Of a DNA stretch of 36,581 nt, positions 33,897 to 36,581 are shown piece by piece. Under the pieces are notes generated by a model. It searched no databases. It saw only the letters and a list, made by a program, of their open reading frames with translations, and was not told the origin of the DNA. The DNA lies in assembly GCA_036518915.1 (NCBI GenBank), contig DATDME010000031.1:1-36581 (forward strand), read 5' to 3'. The DNA is from Candidatus Saccharimonadia bacterium. Its GTDB lineage: Bacteria > Patescibacteriota > Saccharimonadia > UBA4664. Each line of letters opens with the position of its first letter. Position 1 is the first letter of the stretch. The position numbers were made by a program, and so were the translations under genes.

Positions 33897-34475
33897 ATGA
33901 CTATGACAGCCAACGACATCATCACCCTGCCCGACCCCCGCCTGCACCAACGCTCCCAGCGCATTGGCCATGTTGACGCGGAAATCCAGCAACTCGCCGA
34001 AGACATGATTGCCGCCACCCTCAACTGGGAGGCCAGCCGCACCCACGAAATTGGCGCTGCCCTCGCCGCGGTCCAAGTTGCCAAGCTTTACCGCGTCGTC
34101 GTCATCCGCAACGACTTCGACAACAAAGAGGACAAGTCCTTCAGCGTCTTCATCAACCCCGAGATCGCCAAGTACGAAGGCGAACCCACCGAAGAGCTTG
34201 AGGGCTGCCTCAGTGTGAAAGACCTGTATGGCTCAGTCGCCCGCTACCCCAAGGTTAAAATTAAGGCCCTCAACCTCAGCGGCCAACCCATCCGCCTAAC
34301 TGCCACCGGCTTCCTGGCCCGCGTCTTCCAGCACGAAATTGACCACACCAACGGCGTCGTCTTCGTCGACCACATCGCCGACCAGGGTAAGCTCTTCCGC
34401 CTCACCGAGGATGGCAAATTCGTGTCGGCACTGGGCGTCAACCCCGGCCCGGCCGACGAGATCCGCACCCCATGA
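33897..34475 (+). CDS. def: Peptide deformylase
   Basis: EGCLSV and QHEIDHTNG motifs. Confidence 0.95.
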   Translation: MTMTANDIITLPDPRLHQRSQRIGHVDAEIQQLAEDMIAATLNWEASRTHEIGAALAAVQVAKLYRVVVIRNDFDNKEDKSFSVFINPEIAKYEGEPTEELEGCLSVKDLYGSVARYPKVKIKALNLSGQPIRLTATGFLARVFQHEIDHTNGVVFVDHIADQGKLFRLTEDGKFVSALGVNPGPADEIRTP

Positions 34476-35389
34476 CCGAAACCACTTCCTCTGACCAACT
34501 CATCTTTTTTGGCACCGACGCCATCAGCCTGCCCAGCCTCGTGCGGCTCATTGCCGAGGATTACCCGCTCATCGGCGTGGTCACCAAACCCGACGCGCCC
34601 ACCGGCCGCGGCCGCCACATCACCGCGCCGGCCGTCAAGCGCCTGGCCGAAGCCAATGGCATACCGGTATTTCAGCCGGCCAAAGTCGCGGAACTGCTGC
34701 CGCTGTTTGAGCGCCTGCGCCCCTCCGCCGGCGTCGTGGTGGCGTTCGGCAAGATTATCCCGCAATCTGTTATTGATTGTTTCCCCAAGGGCCTCGTGAA
34801 CGTCCACCCCTCACTACTCCCCCGCTGGCGCGGCCCTTCGCCGATTGAGCATACCATTTTGGCCGGCGATGACGTCACCGGCGTCACGCTCATGCAAATT
34901 GAAGCCGGCGTCGATACCGGGCCCACCTACACCGACGTCCACCTCCAGCTCACCGGCCAGGAAACCCGCCTCACGCTCTTGGAGCAACTCGCCGAAATGG
35001 GCGCCGACCTGCTGGCTGCCGACCTGGGCGCCATCCTAGCCGGCACCATCGCACCCGTACCGCAAGATTCCACCGCTGCCACCACCTCCCGCCTACTGAG
35101 CAAGGCGGACGGCCAGCTCGACTGGCACAAGCCGGCCCAGCAGCTCGAGCGCGAGGTGCGCGCCTTCCTGGGCTGGCCCGGCAGCCGCACCACCCTGGCC
35201 GGCCGCGACGTCATTATCACCGCCGCCCATGTCCTAGAAACCTCCGGCACGCCCGGCCAAGCCTACGTCACGCCCAGCCAAGAGCTAGCCGTCTACGCCA
35301 GCCCAGGCAGCCTCGTTATTGACCGCCTCAAGCCCGCCGGCAAGGGCGAGATGTCCGGCACGGCTTTCCTGCGCGGCGTGAAGCTCTAA
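34472..35389 (+). CDS. fmt: Methionyl-tRNA formyltransferase
   Basis: LIFFGT..., NVHPSLLPRWRGPSPIEHTIL, GVTLMQIEAGVDTGP. ATGA overlap with def. Confidence 0.95.
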   Translation: MTETTSSDQLIFFGTDAISLPSLVRLIAEDYPLIGVVTKPDAPTGRGRHITAPAVKRLAEANGIPVFQPAKVAELLPLFERLRPSAGVVVAFGKIIPQSVIDCFPKGLVNVHPSLLPRWRGPSPIEHTILAGDDVTGVTLMQIEAGVDTGPTYTDVHLQLTGQETRLTLLEQLAEMGADLLAADLGAILAGTIAPVPQDSTAATTSRLLSKADGQLDWHKPAQQLEREVRAFLGWPGSRTTLAGRDVIITAAHVLETSGTPGQAYVTPSQELAVYASPGSLVIDRLKPAGKGEMSGTAFLRGVKL

Positions 35390-35406
35390 CCACGACGCTG
35401 ATCTTC

Positions 35407-35485
35407 GCGCGGCCAATTTTCTGCGCGGCCAATTCCCGTCGGGGCCTACGTTTGGCCATCTGAGCCATCGCCGTCGGGGCCTACG
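35407..35485. repeat. Two pairs of short direct repeats in the fmt / Pro-rich-gene convergent spacer
   Basis: GCGCGGCCAATT at 35407-35418 and 35423-35434. CCGTCGGGGCCTACG at 35436-35450 and 35471-35485; the second copy contains the stop of 35481..36578. Confidence 0.5.
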
Positions 35486-36578
35486 CTTCACCTTCGGGGC
35501 CGTCGCCCTCGGTGGCACCCTCAGGGCGGCCGCCACGCTGCTTGCCTTGCTCCCTTCTGCGCTTACGCGCCCCACTCCTAGCCGGCCCTTGCTGAGCACG
35601 ACGCCGCTGATCACGCTCCAGCTTAATCCGAGCCGTTAAAGCCCGATCAACTCTATTGTAGGTTGCGATGAGAGACCGGACTGAACCGTCATTAATTTCG
35701 GTTGTTAATCGCTTTCCGCTCGCATAGCCGACACCGGCCCTAGTTAGCCTTAATCGCGCCGCCTCTAGTCGCCTCGTTATACGCTGCACATTACCACCGA
35801 TCGCTAACTCGCCATTCAAGTCATTGAGGCTCGATTGTTCCTGGGCGATAAAACGAAGCAGCGTCGTTTCCCGCTCGGCCTGCGGCATGTCGGCCTGGGT
35901 CGCCAATGTCTCGACATCGGCCTCCAATTGCCGTTCTCGCTCACTTATTAGCGCGTCGAAAGCGTTATTGACCCGGCTCACTACCTCTATCAGCTGATTC
36001 GAGGCATTCGCTTGACCCGGCTCCGAGCGAGGTATTGCCAAACTGTCTCCAGGATCTGGATCAGCCAGTCCATTCGTGATCAGCCATCGAGCCGCCAACA
36101 AGACATGCTCATGCCGCTCCTCCTCTGGAACGCCCTTAGCCTCAGCCTCCTGCATAAGATCCCTCACGACCGTCTCCGCCCGCTCCACCCGACTATGGTA
36201 GTTTGCCACTTCTCTGGCCAGCGCCGATTCTTCTGGCCCGGCCGCCGGCTGAGATTCACCAGGCGCCGGCTGAGATTCACCAGGCGCCGGCTGTGGCGCC
36301 GCGCCGGGCTGCGCCGGGCCACCCGCTGGCGGACCCACCGGCGGCGCAACTGGACCACTCGGCGGCCCAGGCGGAGGTGTTGGTGGCCCAGGCGGTGGTG
36401 TTGGTGGCCCAGGCGGAGGTGTTGGCGGCCCAGGCGGAGGCTGTCGTTTATCAAAAGCTTTCTGACGCGCCAGCCAACCCTTGGTTTGCGGGGGCAAAGT
36501 CGGCGGAACACCGGTCCTAACTCCAGCCGCCACCGCCTGCGCCCTGGTCTCCATGTCTGCCAGAACCGCCGCCGACAC
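35481..36578 (-). CDS. Proline-rich repeat / coiled-coil hypothetical protein; 5' end unresolved (frame open to window edge)
   Basis: PPGPPTP x4, APGESQP x2, then an acidic/helical region and a basic tail (RKRRREQGKQRGGR). The codon beyond 36578 is still open. Candidate starts: GTG 36578, ATG 36554, or outside the window. Confidence 0.7.
   Translation of the reverse strand: MSAAVLADMETRAQAVAAGVRTGVPPTLPPQTKGWLARQKAFDKRQPPPGPPTPPPGPPTPPPGPPTPPPGPPSGPVAPPVGPPAGGPAQPGAAPQPAPGESQPAPGESQPAAGPEESALAREVANYHSRVERAETVVRDLMQEAEAKGVPEEERHEHVLLAARWLITNGLADPDPGDSLAIPRSEPGQANASNQLIEVVSRVNNAFDALISERERQLEADVETLATQADMPQAERETTLLRFIAQEQSSLNDLNGELAIGGNVQRITRRLEAARLRLTRAGVGYASGKRLTTEINDGSVRSLIATYNRVDRALTARIKLERDQRRRAQQGPARSGARKRRREQGKQRGGRPEGATEGDGPEGEA
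36243..36294. repeat. 21-bp in-frame tandem repeat (about 2.5 copies)
   Basis: cgccggctgagattcaccagg repeated with period 21. Encodes APGESQP units. Confidence 0.8.
36364..36440. repeat. 21-bp in-frame tandem repeat (about 3.6 copies)
   Basis: ggcccaggcgg(a/t)ggtgttgg(t/c) with period 21. Encodes PPTPPPG units. Confidence 0.8.
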
Positions 36579-36581
36579 CGG

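Noticed and set aside
36243-36440. Regular 21-bp repeats considered as a possible CRISPR or minisatellite.
   Set aside because: The repeats are directly tandem with no spacers, are in frame, and translate to PPTPPPG/APGESQP units of a continuous ORF. They are coding repeats, not a CRISPR.

Overview
GC-rich (by eye roughly 55-60%), very tightly packed window in which many neighbouring genes overlap by 1-13 nt. About 30 kb is housekeeping sequence with Firmicutes/Terrabacteria-like gene order: ftsA-ftsZ-(87 aa)-yggT ... T-box-ileS-SEDS(rodA/ftsW); secD-secF ... recJ-relA/spoT-hisS; priA-def-fmt; rpsU | yqeY-dgkA-adk-map. FtsA is present, there are no outer-membrane genes, and hypothetical surface proteins are numerous. 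This suggests a monoderm with a reduced genome, possibly Patescibacteria/Saccharibacteria-like, but that is unproven inference. No rRNA, tRNA or CRISPR was found. Most interesting region: nt 1-8047, an eight-gene island made up only of secreted or membrane-anchored proteins. It holds three paralogous beta-rich secreted proteins, an Ig/PKD bitopic membrane protein, an Ala/Pro-rich anchor protein, a beta-helix repeat protein and a tandem beta-sandwich protein. No known pilus, sortase or usher machinery is present, so this is a candidate undescribed surface module, remotely WxL/DUF916-like at best. Other notable items: (1) an Ile T-box leader upstream of ileS; (2) a ~0.78-kb cassette bounded by inverted repeats, whose coding region is split by two -1 shifts at homopolymers, inserted in the dcw-ileS synteny; (3) a frameshifted HIT gene; (4) a wHTH gene inserted between secF and recJ; (5) recurrent leaderless-type promoters (-10 box 6-11 nt from the ATG); (6) an NrdJ-tail-like zinc-ribbon micro-ORF; (7) a proline-rich protein with 21-bp repeats at the right edge. 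Many long ORFs in the supplied track are antisense or out-of-frame shadows typical of GC-rich DNA and were not called.
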